Assembly (NCBI GenBank): GCA_965247955.1
Contig: OZ252042.1
Coordinates: 1,584,323 to 1,648,322 of the forward strand
Length of the DNA stretch: 64,000 bases
Origin: Vicinamibacterales bacterium
GTDB taxonomy: Bacteria; Acidobacteriota; Vicinamibacteria; Vicinamibacterales; UBA8438
Reading direction: 5' to 3'
Shown: piece after piece, positions 1-9,040 of the stretch
Layout of the letters: the number at the start of each line of letters is the position of its first letter
Position numbering within the stretch: position 1 is the stretch's first letter
Made by a program: the position numbers and the translations under genes
Notes under the pieces: model-generated
What the model was told of the DNA's origin: nothing
Databases searched by the model: none
The model's input: the letters and a program-made list of their open reading frames with translations, nothing else

Positions 1-601
1 AGAAGGTCATGACGCCGTCACCCAATAGCACAAGACCGGTGACGCCGCTGTCATTCTCGGAGACGAATACTGAACCTTTTGTCATGCGCAGCGTAAAGTC
101 TTCTCCCGGGATAGTTAGGTTGGTCGCGTCATACTGTGTGCGCGGGTCCAGCGTTAGGCTGTAAAGCCCCTCGATAGAATCAATGTTCTCCGCACGGGAA
201 ATTTGCCAGACTTCAGAGTTGCCCTCGCCGGCGTTGTGCTTGACGTCAAGCTCCCAGGTTTGCAACCGGCCTTTCCGATCGGTTTCGGTGAAAACCTCGA
301 CGAGCAACTGATAGCCCGTGTTCTCGGGCACGTCGTCGATTGGGACCAAGAAGCGAATCTGGGCGGCCGCACCCGTCACCGCGCCGCCGCTCAGACCGTC
401 ACGCGCGAACTCTCGGCCTGCCTCGATGTTTGCATCTGGGCTGAATAGAGCCAGAAGACGCTTGGTGTCGGCCGTCTCGACCGCCGTCTGTATCTCGTTG
501 ATGAGCGGGACGAAATCGTTAGTCGAAACGGTCGATTGGCCGAAGGTGGGCTGCGAAACCCCCAGGCAGACAGCAAGCAGAGTGAGCGTTGACCACTTCA
601 A
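1..601 (-). CDS. secreted protein of unknown function, N-terminal part only (gene runs off the left edge)
   Basis: The frame is open from TTG at 601-599 down to base 1. It is absent from the ORF track because it has no stop in the window. My translation starts (M)KWSTLTLLAVCLGVSQPTFGQ, a signal peptide, and GAGG lies about 11 nt upstream. Confidence 0.5.
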   Translation of the reverse strand, partial: MKWSTLTLLAVCLGVSQPTFGQSTVSTNDFVPLINEIQTAVETADTKRLLALFSPDANIEAGREFARDGLSGGAVTGAAAQIRFLVPIDDVPENTGYQLLVEVFTETDRKGRLQTWELDVKHNAGEGNSEVWQISRAENIDSIEGLYSLTLDPRTQYDATNLTIPGEDFTLRMTKGSVFVSENDSGVTGLVLLGDGVMTF

Positions 602-679
602 TCTAAGGGACCTCGTTTTGGGCACGAATCTCTAGCGTGTAGTTTGATGCCTTGCCGTCTTTCACGCAAGCCGAGGGAA

Positions 680-1894
680 TCAGCTCCGGAGGAAATCTCC
701 GGTGAACGCCTCAATAGCGTCACAGAATCGATTTAACTCCGAGGGTGTGGCGAGGAACACGATGCGGAAGAAACCATCCTCAGGCACCATGCCAAAACCG
801 GAACCGTAGACGCATAAAAGACCCGTGGCTCGCAGCAGGCCGAGGACGAAGTCTTCGTCAGTGCGTCCTGCGGGTAGGTCGACTTTTGGCATCGCATAGA
901 ATGCCGCCTGGGGCGGCACACACGATATCCCCGTAATGCCATTGAGCCGCCGCGTCATGACCTCCGCACGTTCGCGTAACTGTCGCCGCATGATGTCCTG
1001 ATGGGATCGGTCGCCGGTTAGCGCAGCCGCAACGGCGTATTGCATCGGTCCATTACTGCACAGGCGGCCATCTGCTAATTCCTTGATCGCCGTCAGCACG
1101 GCGTCGAGTCGTCCTGGGGCTCCGACCGCGAGCCAGCCGGCGCGCCAGCCAGGCGCGGCCCAAGCTTTGGACAGTGACGCGACTGAGATGACTGGTGCGT
1201 CGGGATTCGGTTTGCCGATCGGAGGAACCCGGTCGTCATAGGCAAGATCGGTGTACCCCTCATCCGATAACAACACGAAGTTGTGTTGGTCAGCGAGTTC
1301 TAGCAACGCCCGCCGAACCTCGGGCCCGTAGACTGCACCCGTGGGATTGTTGGGGTCGATGACAACGAGCCCACGAGTACGCGGCCCGATCAAGCTTTGC
1401 ACATGGTCGAGATCCGGCTGCCAACCACGAGACGGGTCGGTCCGGTAAGGGGCTGCGCGAGCGCCGAGCTGACCCAGGACTGCGGTATAGAAGGGATAGG
1501 TCGGTACAGGGACTAACACCTCGTCACCGTGGTCAACCAAGACTCTTAATACGAGCTCGATGCCTTCTGAGGCGCCCGAGGTAAGCACGATGCGATCTTG
1601 CGTCATCGGTACGCCTCTCGACTCAAATTCGGCGGCAACCGCCTCGCGTGCATGCTGGACACCAGCAGCCGGCATGTAGCCGTTGCGACCATCATGCATG
1701 GCCCGTTCGACGGCCTCCACTAGGTGTCTCGGTGTTTTGAAACCGAACAGGATCGGATCCCCGATGTTCAGATACTGGACTTGGAGACCACTGGCCTCGA
1801 CCTTCCGCGCTTCGGTCACGATATTTCGGATCGCGTAGTCAAACCGGTTCAGCTTGTTGACCACGGAGATTGACGGGGGCGTACGAACCACCAT
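680..1894 (-). CDS. PLP-dependent aminotransferase, class I/II (alanine/aspartate aminotransferase-like)
   Basis: 404 aa. It has the SLSKAWAAPGWRAGW lysine motif and NPNNPTG-type (IDPNNPTGAVY) signatures of fold-type I aminotransferases. Confidence 0.9.
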   Translation of the reverse strand: MVVRTPPSISVVNKLNRFDYAIRNIVTEARKVEASGLQVQYLNIGDPILFGFKTPRHLVEAVERAMHDGRNGYMPAAGVQHAREAVAAEFESRGVPMTQDRIVLTSGASEGIELVLRVLVDHGDEVLVPVPTYPFYTAVLGQLGARAAPYRTDPSRGWQPDLDHVQSLIGPRTRGLVVIDPNNPTGAVYGPEVRRALLELADQHNFVLLSDEGYTDLAYDDRVPPIGKPNPDAPVISVASLSKAWAAPGWRAGWLAVGAPGRLDAVLTAIKELADGRLCSNGPMQYAVAAALTGDRSHQDIMRRQLRERAEVMTRRLNGITGISCVPPQAAFYAMPKVDLPAGRTDEDFVLGLLRATGLLCVYGSGFGMVPEDGFFRIVFLATPSELNRFCDAIEAFTGDFLRS

Positions 1895-2047
1895 CCTTTC
1901 ATCTTACCGCACGAACTAGGATGCATATAAATGACGACGGTCTGACCGTTGCGGACAGCGCGGGAGGCTATCAGTCCTGTACCGCGTTCTGGGGGTACGC
2001 TGCTGCCACCGGGACAGGGCACGAAGAATTGCGGTAAGCTCCTCCGC

Positions 2048-2431
2048 ATGGCGATTCGAAGGGAGATCAACCTGAAATTGCAGGATAGTCCAGGTGCGCT
2101 GGCAAGAATCTGCCAGCATCTCTTGGACGAGCGGGTGAATATCCTGGCGTTGTCTGTCGAGAGGGGAGGCACGTTACGGATGGTGGTTGACAACCCGCTA
2201 CACGCCACTGGGCTTCTAGAATCCAGCCAGTACTCAGTGGAAGAACACGATGTTCTCGTCATCCAGTTACCGAACGAGCCAGGCGCCCTGGAGCGAGTGG
2301 CACGGCTACTCGCAAATGCCGGCGTCAATATGGATTATGCGTACGGCTCCGTCGTGGAAGATCACGCGATGGTCGCAGTGGTTGTCGGCGTGGAAGACGC
2401 CCAGCGTGCGGCGATGGCTGTCGGCGTCTGA
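2048..2431 (+). CDS. tandem ACT-domain protein
   Basis: There are two repeats of the ACT signature (DSPGALARICQHL.. and NEPGALERVARLL..). I placed the start at the internal ATG 2048 (MAIRREINL). Confidence 0.75.
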   Translation: MAIRREINLKLQDSPGALARICQHLLDERVNILALSVERGGTLRMVVDNPLHATGLLESSQYSVEEHDVLVIQLPNEPGALERVARLLANAGVNMDYAYGSVVEDHAMVAVVVGVEDAQRAAMAVGV

Positions 2432-2517
2432 TGCGTCTCTACATTCCGCCGATGGATGCCATTTTGGTGGAATTTGATTGTGAGGGACGAGTGAAGTTCG
2501 ACGGGGAGGATTAGAGC

Positions 2518-2622
2518 GTGCCGACACTCCAGGAAATTAGAGCCATTCTCTACGCGGCCAACAACGAGGCCACGGTGCTCCGAGAGCTTATCGATGTTCT
2601 AGAACACGCGTGGAACGAGTAG
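2518..2622 (+). CDS. candidate 34-aa small protein (MPTLQEIRAILYAANNEATVLRELIDVLEHAWNE)
   Basis: GTG start is preceded by GGAGGA with an 8-nt spacer. It is below the 60-aa cutoff of the ORF track, is predicted helical, and has no recognisable family. Confidence 0.3.
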   Translation: MPTLQEIRAILYAANNEATVLRELIDVLEHAWNE

Positions 2623-2627
2623 ATTTC

Positions 2628-3305
2628 TTACGACGAAGAAGTATCCTTCAGTTTGCCGACGGCGACCGAGGCGGCGCGCAGGACTTCTTCACCGACCGTG
2701 TAACCAGGCTTGATCACCTCGATCACGATGCCGTCCTGTGATGCGTCGGTTACCGGGACCGTTGAAAAGGCGTCGTGTTGGTTTGGGTCGAAGGGCTGAC
2801 CGGCTGGCTCGACACATCTTACCCCGTGCCGGCCGAGCGTGGCGAGGAATTGGCCCCGCACGATCTCCAATCCTTTGAGTAATGCCTCGTCACTGGCACC
2901 GGGCCTTGCGGTATCCGCGGCGGAGCCAAGTGCCCGATCCAGGTTGTCCATAACTTCTAGAAAGCTCGCGAGGACGGCGCGCTTTTCCCGTTCCACATCC
3001 TTCGCTAACTCGCGGCGAAGTCGCACTCGGGCTTGCTCGAACTCTGCCGCCTGGTCCTTGTACTGGGCAGCGTAGCGTTTGATGACCTCATCTTTCTCCG
3101 CGATTTGATATTCGAGGTCCTCGATGTAGGATGGCTTCGAGCTACTACTTTCACTACCGTCAGCCTCTTCGTTTCGCGCCCACCACCGCTTGTCGACGAC
3201 GCGAACGTCCGCTTCGCTTTCTAGAGGAGAGGTCTCGTTGTGGACGTGGGAATCAGAATCAGCATCAGGAGTTTCAGGGAAGGTTGGCACCTCCGGTTTA
3301 TTCAC
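2628..3305 (-). CDS. grpE: nucleotide exchange factor GrpE
   Basis: GrpE C-terminal signatures are present (FLEVMDNLDRAL, FDPNQHDAFSTVP, GYTVGEEVLRAASV). The start is uncertain: GTG 3305 overlaps the clpA stop, and the ORF track extends to 3356. Confidence 0.85.
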   Translation of the reverse strand: MNKPEVPTFPETPDADSDSHVHNETSPLESEADVRVVDKRWWARNEEADGSESSSSKPSYIEDLEYQIAEKDEVIKRYAAQYKDQAAEFEQARVRLRRELAKDVEREKRAVLASFLEVMDNLDRALGSAADTARPGASDEALLKGLEIVRGQFLATLGRHGVRCVEPAGQPFDPNQHDAFSTVPVTDASQDGIVIEVIKPGYTVGEEVLRAASVAVGKLKDTSSS

Positions 3306-5649
3306 TGGTGGCCTCCTCGACCGTCGGCCGGGCGACGTCAGAATCGGGCATGTCACCCGAGGGAGTTGGTTGGAAGTCGAACGCCAGCGCGTTGTCCTTT
3401 AGCCAAATTCTGACGGTGCCGCCTTGTTCCAGCTGTCCGAACAAGATCTCGTCGGTGAGTGTGTCGCGGACCTCGGCCTGGACAACACGAGCCAGGGGCC
3501 GTGCCCCATAGACTGCGTCATGTCCCTTGGCCGCAAGCCATTTGCACGCCTCCGGTTCAAGCAGGATAGCGACGCGTCGCTCGGCTAGCTGCGCCTCGAG
3601 TTGCAAGATGAATTTCTCGACGATTGTTTCCACAACTTCGGGTGTTAGGGTTCTGAACGACACTATTGCATCGAGCCGGTTGCGGAACTCCGGGCTGAAG
3701 ATCCGCTCGATCGCCGACTTTACGCGGCCCTTAGCCGAACTCAACGGGTCGTCGCCAAAGCCGATGGCGGAAGCGCTCGCCTCGCGCGATCCGGCGTTTG
3801 ACGTCATGATGAGAACGACATGCCGGAAGTCCGCCTTGCGACCGCTGTTGTCGGTCAGCGTTGCATGGTCCATCACCTGTAACAGGATGTTGTAGACGTC
3901 CTGGTGGGCCTTCTCGATTTCATCGAGCAGCACGACACTGTAGGGGTGCGTGCGAACGGCATCGACGAGTAACCCGCCCTGCTCGAAACCGACATACCCC
4001 GGCGGTGCGCCGATCAGCCGCGCCACGGCATGCTTCTCCATGTATTCGCTCATGTCGTATCGAATAAATTCGTTGCCAAGATGGATAGCCAATTGCTTGG
4101 CGAGCTCTGTTTTCCCGACTCCGCTCGGACCCGTAAAAAGGAAACACCCGGACGGTCGGTCTGGCAGTCCAAGGCCGGCACGAGCACGCTTGATCGCTGC
4201 TACCACCTCACGGACCGCATCCTCCTGCCCGAAAACGACTCGCTGCAGTGCCTCCTCGAGTGTTCGGAGCCGTTCCTTGTCGGACGCAGTGGTTTGTTTC
4301 TCGGGGATACGCGCCATGCGGGCGACGATCCGCTCGATCTCAGCCCCGGTTACTTTCGGAGACTCTGGCTCGCCTGACTGCTCGCGCCCCGCTTCTTGCC
4401 GCTGCAGCGCGAGTACCGCCCCAGCCTCGTCTACGACGTCAATGGCACTGTCCGGAAGCCTGGCATCACGCAGATGACGACTAGCCAGCTTCGCTGCGGC
4501 GCTAAGGGCGTCGTCGGTGTACGTAACCATGTGGTGAGCCTCGTAGCGCGACCGGAGACCCTTGAGGATTTGTGCTGTTTCGTCGATAGTCGGTTCGTTG
4601 ATGACGATTTTCTGTAGGCGGCGCGCGAGCGCGCGGTCCTTTTCGATGTGTTTGAACTCGTCGAAGGTAGTCGACCCGATCACTCGGAGCTCACCTGCCG
4701 CAAGAACCGGCTTGATAAGAGTCGCTAGATCCATCGTTCCGCCGGTAGTGGCCCCCGCACCGACCGCAGCGTGGACTTCATCGATGAATAAAATCGGCAT
4801 CTGATGATCCGAGAGCGCCGTAGTTACGGCCTTGAACCGTTCTTCGAAGTCCCCACGGAACCGAGTGCCGGCCAGTAAGGCCGTGGTATCAAGCGCAAAA
4901 ACCTGCGCACCGCTGAGCCGTGAGGGGACGTCGTCGTCGAGAAGGCGTTTAGCCAGCCCCTCGGCCAACGCGGTCTTGCCGACCCCGGCGTCGCCAACGA
5001 ACACAGGGTTGTTCTTGCGGCGACGGCAGAGAATCTCCAGTGTGCGCTGCAACTCGGCGGTCCGGCCGATAAGCGGATCTAGTTTGCCAGCCCGCGCGCG
5101 CTCCGACAGGTTTACGGTATAGGCCGCGAGCGGGTCGCGTGCCGTCGCTGGGCCCTCCTCGCCCACCCCGGCCTCGGCGGTGTCAGTCTTCGACTCGTTG
5201 TCACCGGTAATGAGTGGGACCTTGGAGATCCCATGTGAGATGAAGTTGAGGACGTCGAGCCTGGTGATCCCTTGTGCTTCGAGGACCTGAGCAGCATACG
5301 TCTTGGGCTGCTGCAGGATCGCAGCGAGCACGTCACCCGAACGGACCTCGTCCTTTCCTGCGCTTTGGACATGTAGAACGGCCGTCTGGAGAACACGCCG
5401 AAACCCGAGCGTCTGGGCAGGCTCGCGCGCGCGTTCGCCCTTGCCGAATGTTTCCAGCGTGCTGAGAAACTCATCGAGCGTCCGTCTTAGTGCGGGCAAG
5501 TCAGCTCCACAGGCAGCAAGGATGCGTTCCCCTTCCGGGTCGTGCGCGAGAGCGTAGAGCAAGTGTTCCAAGGCGAGATAGGTGTGTTTTCTTGAAGCCG
5601 CTTCGCGATACGCGACGTTGAGAATCAGCTCGAGTGAGGCGCTGAACAT
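3298..5649 (-). CDS. clpA: ATP-dependent Clp protease ATP-binding subunit ClpA
   Basis: It has the Clp N-domain (MFSASLELILNVAYREAASRKH), two AAA+ modules (GDAGVGKTA and GPSGVGKTE Walker A) and no ClpB middle domain. The start is at ATG 5649. Confidence 0.93.
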   Translation of the reverse strand: MFSASLELILNVAYREAASRKHTYLALEHLLYALAHDPEGERILAACGADLPALRRTLDEFLSTLETFGKGERAREPAQTLGFRRVLQTAVLHVQSAGKDEVRSGDVLAAILQQPKTYAAQVLEAQGITRLDVLNFISHGISKVPLITGDNESKTDTAEAGVGEEGPATARDPLAAYTVNLSERARAGKLDPLIGRTAELQRTLEILCRRRKNNPVFVGDAGVGKTALAEGLAKRLLDDDVPSRLSGAQVFALDTTALLAGTRFRGDFEERFKAVTTALSDHQMPILFIDEVHAAVGAGATTGGTMDLATLIKPVLAAGELRVIGSTTFDEFKHIEKDRALARRLQKIVINEPTIDETAQILKGLRSRYEAHHMVTYTDDALSAAAKLASRHLRDARLPDSAIDVVDEAGAVLALQRQEAGREQSGEPESPKVTGAEIERIVARMARIPEKQTTASDKERLRTLEEALQRVVFGQEDAVREVVAAIKRARAGLGLPDRPSGCFLFTGPSGVGKTELAKQLAIHLGNEFIRYDMSEYMEKHAVARLIGAPPGYVGFEQGGLLVDAVRTHPYSVVLLDEIEKAHQDVYNILLQVMDHATLTDNSGRKADFRHVVLIMTSNAGSREASASAIGFGDDPLSSAKGRVKSAIERIFSPEFRNRLDAIVSFRTLTPEVVETIVEKFILQLEAQLAERRVAILLEPEACKWLAAKGHDAVYGARPLARVVQAEVRDTLTDEILFGQLEQGGTVRIWLKDNALAFDFQPTPSGDMPDSDVARPTVEEATSE

Positions 5650-5671
5650 ATCATCCTTCGTTCGTTGTACA

Positions 5672-5986
5672 TTATTCCTCTTTGATGCTAGCTTGGAGGG
5701 GAAAACCCTCCCGCGCGGCCAGGTCGCTGACCGCACCTACCTTTGTCTCGGCGACCTCGTAGGTGTAAGTTCCGCAGATGGCTTGTCCCCGGGTGTGCAC
5801 GTGCATCATCAGGCGGAATGCCTCGGCCACGCTCTTCTGAAAAACGTTCTCGAGCACACTGACGACGAACTCCATCGTGGTGTAATCATCGTTCAACAGC
5901 ACCACGCTGTACAATTTTGGCGTCTTGGTTTCTTCCCTTCGTTCCTGGAGGAGAGCGCCGGCCGGTTGTCGCGAATTACTGCTCAT
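5672..5986 (-). CDS. clpS: ClpS adaptor protein
   Basis: It carries the ClpS core [42 protein letters not shown] and lies immediately upstream of clpA. Confidence 0.9.
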   Translation of the reverse strand: MSSNSRQPAGALLQERREETKTPKLYSVVLLNDDYTTMEFVVSVLENVFQKSVAEAFRLMMHVHTRGQAICGTYTYEVAETKVGAVSDLAAREGFPLQASIKEE

Positions 5987-6097
5987 GGTGCAAAAACGCA
6001 AATAAATGAGACAACGTCTCCACTCAAGCGTACCGACACGAGGGCAGATAGGGCAAGTGGGATGGCCAGGGTATTACACTAGTACGGCTAGGACGCT

Positions 6098-7021
6098 ATG
6101 GAAACGATCACGCGTGGACTGACCTACACTGACCTCAACTTCCTGGGTTTCGAACGCGTCATCGCCACGGCGGTTATCCAAAGCCCTGGTGGTGTCGCCC
6201 TTGTCGACCCGGGTCCATCGAGCTGTCTCCAGACACTGGTGGGAGCGCTCAACGCGTGTGGAATTGCGATTGATGATCTCCGGTGGCTTCTGCTGACCCA
6301 CATCCATCTCGACCATGCGGGTGCCACGGGATCGCTGGTTAAGCAGAATCCAGAGATCACAGTGTATGTTCACGAGCGAGGTGCGCGGCACATGAGCAAC
6401 CCGTCAAAGTTTCTAGCTAGTGCCAGCCGCCTCTACGGTGACGACATGGACCGTCTCTGGGGCGAGTTCCTACCCGTGCCGGAGGCCAATGTGCGAAGCC
6501 TGACTGGGGGCGAGCAGGTCGACGTAGCCGATCGGCAGTTTGAGGTCGCCTATACGCCTGGACACGCGTCACATCACGTCAGCTATTTCGACCGGTCGAG
6601 TGGGGTTGCCTTCGTTGGCGATACTGCGGGCATCCGGCCAGGGACGGCGCTCTTTGCCATGCCGCCGACACCGCCTCCAGACATCGACATCGAAGCGTGG
6701 GTGGAGAGCATCGAGTACATCCGTCACTGGCGACCATCGACGCTGTTCATCACCCACTTTGGACCGCACGAAGACGCCAACGCCCAACTCGAGGTTTTGC
6801 TGATGCATCTCGAGGCAATGAAAGAAATGGCGCGAAAAAGTCTCGAACGGGACGGGACCGACGAAGAGAAAATGCGTGTGTTTGTCGACGAGATGCGTTT
6901 CTATCTGCAACGCGCGCTGCCGCCGGGCGAAGTCGCATTGTACGGTAAGGCCATGCCGTTAAATCTGTGCTGGTTAGGCCTCTCGCGGTATTGGCGCAAA
7001 CGGGGTGTGGGGGTGGAATGA
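6098..7021 (+). CDS. MBL-fold metallo-hydrolase
   Basis: 307 aa with the THIHLDHAG zinc motif and a downstream TPGHASHH. Confidence 0.85.
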   Translation: METITRGLTYTDLNFLGFERVIATAVIQSPGGVALVDPGPSSCLQTLVGALNACGIAIDDLRWLLLTHIHLDHAGATGSLVKQNPEITVYVHERGARHMSNPSKFLASASRLYGDDMDRLWGEFLPVPEANVRSLTGGEQVDVADRQFEVAYTPGHASHHVSYFDRSSGVAFVGDTAGIRPGTALFAMPPTPPPDIDIEAWVESIEYIRHWRPSTLFITHFGPHEDANAQLEVLLMHLEAMKEMARKSLERDGTDEEKMRVFVDEMRFYLQRALPPGEVALYGKAMPLNLCWLGLSRYWRKRGVGVE

Positions 7022-7109
7022 TCGCCCCGCTTTTTAGTCCACGCAGGATTACCGTTGGGGAACCTTCAATCGCTTGCGATTCAAGCGTGTGAAAAGCCAG
7101 GTTTGATCA

Positions 7110-7137
7110 GGCGTCCCTAGAGGACGCCACTTTCTTG
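7110..7137 (+). terminator. intrinsic terminator-like hairpin after the MBL gene
   Basis: GGCGTCC-CTAGA-GGACGCC is a perfect 7-bp stem followed by ACTTTCTT. Confidence 0.5.
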
Positions 7138-7140
7138 AGA

Positions 7141-7608
7141 TTACTCTTCTACGTGTTCTTCGATTTCAATACCAGTGCCTGCACTGAGAGCAATTAAAAT
7201 GCGACGATAATTGTCTTTATCGAGACGGGCGTAGACGAAACCTTGCGGGTACTCGGGTACGTCCTGAAACTCTATCGTCATCCAATGCTTTTTGCCTTTA
7301 GAGAACAACAACCAAGGCGAAAGAATCAACCCCGACTTATATCAACGATGCGATGAACGTTCGTACACGATGTTAGTAATCTTGTTGTACGGAATGACTG
7401 CATAGGTCGCTTTGCTACCACCATTTTTCTCATCAACCAAAGTCAATTCTTGCTTGTCTGGATAGAGCTCAAGTCTGGCATCCCGCTTCTTCTCGTCATC
7501 TCCTTGTGTAACAAAAACATCAACCTTTTTAAAGACAACCTTTTCTGCGGCACTGAGCGGAGCTAGAAACGAAAGAATTACGATAGTTATTACAAGGTGG
7601 GTTTTCAT
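7141..7608 (-). pseudogene. small secreted protein gene interrupted by one in-frame TGA (7342-7344)
   Basis: ORFs 7342-7608 (signal peptide MKTHLVITIVILSFLAPLSA) and 7141-7329 are in the same frame, separated only by TGA: ..YERSSHR-TGA-YKSGLILSPWLLFSKGKKHW... The region is markedly AT-richer than its neighbours. Confidence 0.5.
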
Positions 7609-7609
7609 G

Positions 7610-8968
7610 TCAGAGTTTTCCTCCAGTTTCACTGCCAGGCACGAGATTCCCCGCAATCCACACTGATTCGAGCGTGCGACTGTTGCTGATATCATCGAGG
7701 GGGTTGGCGCCGAGCACCACAAAGTCGGCCCGTTTCCCCATTTCTAGCGTCCCGATCTCGGCTTCCACTTTCATGCACCGTGCGGCGTCTCCGGTCGCCG
7801 ACAGGATCGCCTGCATGGGGGTTAACCCGGACTCGACCATCAAGTCGAGTTCGCCGTGCTCGAAGTATCCCTGGAAGCGCGCGGGTGGCCCAGTGTCTGT
7901 CCCGAAGGCGATCATCACACCACCGTCCGACAGTGCCTTCAGATTGTGTTGGGCCACCCTGAGATCTTCCTTATAATCCGCAGCGCTCTTGTTGTAACTG
8001 TAGAGGACTGTTGAGGACGTTTGGCCACGGGTTCGTTTCAAGTTGTCGATTTTCGCCTCGAGTGCCTGGATGACCCCTGGATCCGCTTCCCGCAGGAAGA
8101 ACGGATCGTCAAACCAATCGGGCCGTTCTTCGTAAACGAACGTCGAGACTTCGCGCATCAGCGTTGGGCAGAGGCAGATGTCTTTCTCAGTCATTAAGGC
8201 GATCAGTTCGTCGTCGATTTCCTTGTCGCGCACACTGTGGGCGATGAAATCAACGTCGGATTCAAGTAGGCCCTTCGCGTCATCTAGGGCGTAAAGATGC
8301 GCCGCAACCCGCAACCCGCGCTCGTGGGCCGTATCGATGACTGCCTTGTAAGTTTCGGGGGACATCTTCTGACTGCCGTTAGACAAGTTGTCGTCGACAC
8401 GAATCTTCACGAAGTTCGCACCACTATCGGCGACCGCGTTGACCTGCTCGACCGCATCTTCTGGCGATGGGCCGGTCACGGTCTGTCCGCCCACGTAAAG
8501 GCGTGCGTGATTCAGGTCGGGCCCCTGCCGATCGCGTACTGCCATACCAGGAGGTCCATCGCCACCCAGGCTAAAGACCGTGGTTACGCCGTAGCGGGCG
8601 TAGAGACCGAGTTGGTTCTCGACATGTTCCTCGGTGTAGAACGCTGGATCCCCCTCGAGCCCACGCACGTCGTTCACGTGCCCATGCGCATTGATCAACC
8701 CTGGAATGATCGTCTTGCCGCTCACGTCGATGACCATAGCGTCGGCCGGTGTCTCAGTTGAGTCTGACTCGCCGATCTTATCGATCCAACCGCCACGCAC
8801 GACAAGTGTTCCGTTCTCGATTACCATGCCCTCGTTGCCGACGATGATCCGACCGCCGGTAAATGCCGTCAGTCCAGGTGTCGGCTCGAGCGGTTCAGAG
8901 GGTGTGGTGCATCCCCAAAGAAAGATAACGATACCTACCGCTAAGCTCGATCGAAAGTTCGTGCTCAT
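7610..8968 (-). CDS. secreted amidohydrolase-family protein
   Basis: 452 aa with an N-terminal lipoprotein-like signal (IVIFLWGCT), the PGLINAHGHV metal-binding motif and a typical FGTDTG motif. Confidence 0.88.
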   Translation of the reverse strand: MSTNFRSSLAVGIVIFLWGCTTPSEPLEPTPGLTAFTGGRIIVGNEGMVIENGTLVVRGGWIDKIGESDSTETPADAMVIDVSGKTIIPGLINAHGHVNDVRGLEGDPAFYTEEHVENQLGLYARYGVTTVFSLGGDGPPGMAVRDRQGPDLNHARLYVGGQTVTGPSPEDAVEQVNAVADSGANFVKIRVDDNLSNGSQKMSPETYKAVIDTAHERGLRVAAHLYALDDAKGLLESDVDFIAHSVRDKEIDDELIALMTEKDICLCPTLMREVSTFVYEERPDWFDDPFFLREADPGVIQALEAKIDNLKRTRGQTSSTVLYSYNKSAADYKEDLRVAQHNLKALSDGGVMIAFGTDTGPPARFQGYFEHGELDLMVESGLTPMQAILSATGDAARCMKVEAEIGTLEMGKRADFVVLGANPLDDISNSRTLESVWIAGNLVPGSETGGKL

Positions 8969-9040
8969 CTATTGCTCCTCAAACTCTTGAACCTAGGCTC
9001 TGATCTTTCGGCTTGGAGAAGGCCCGCCGGCCTGCCTTGA

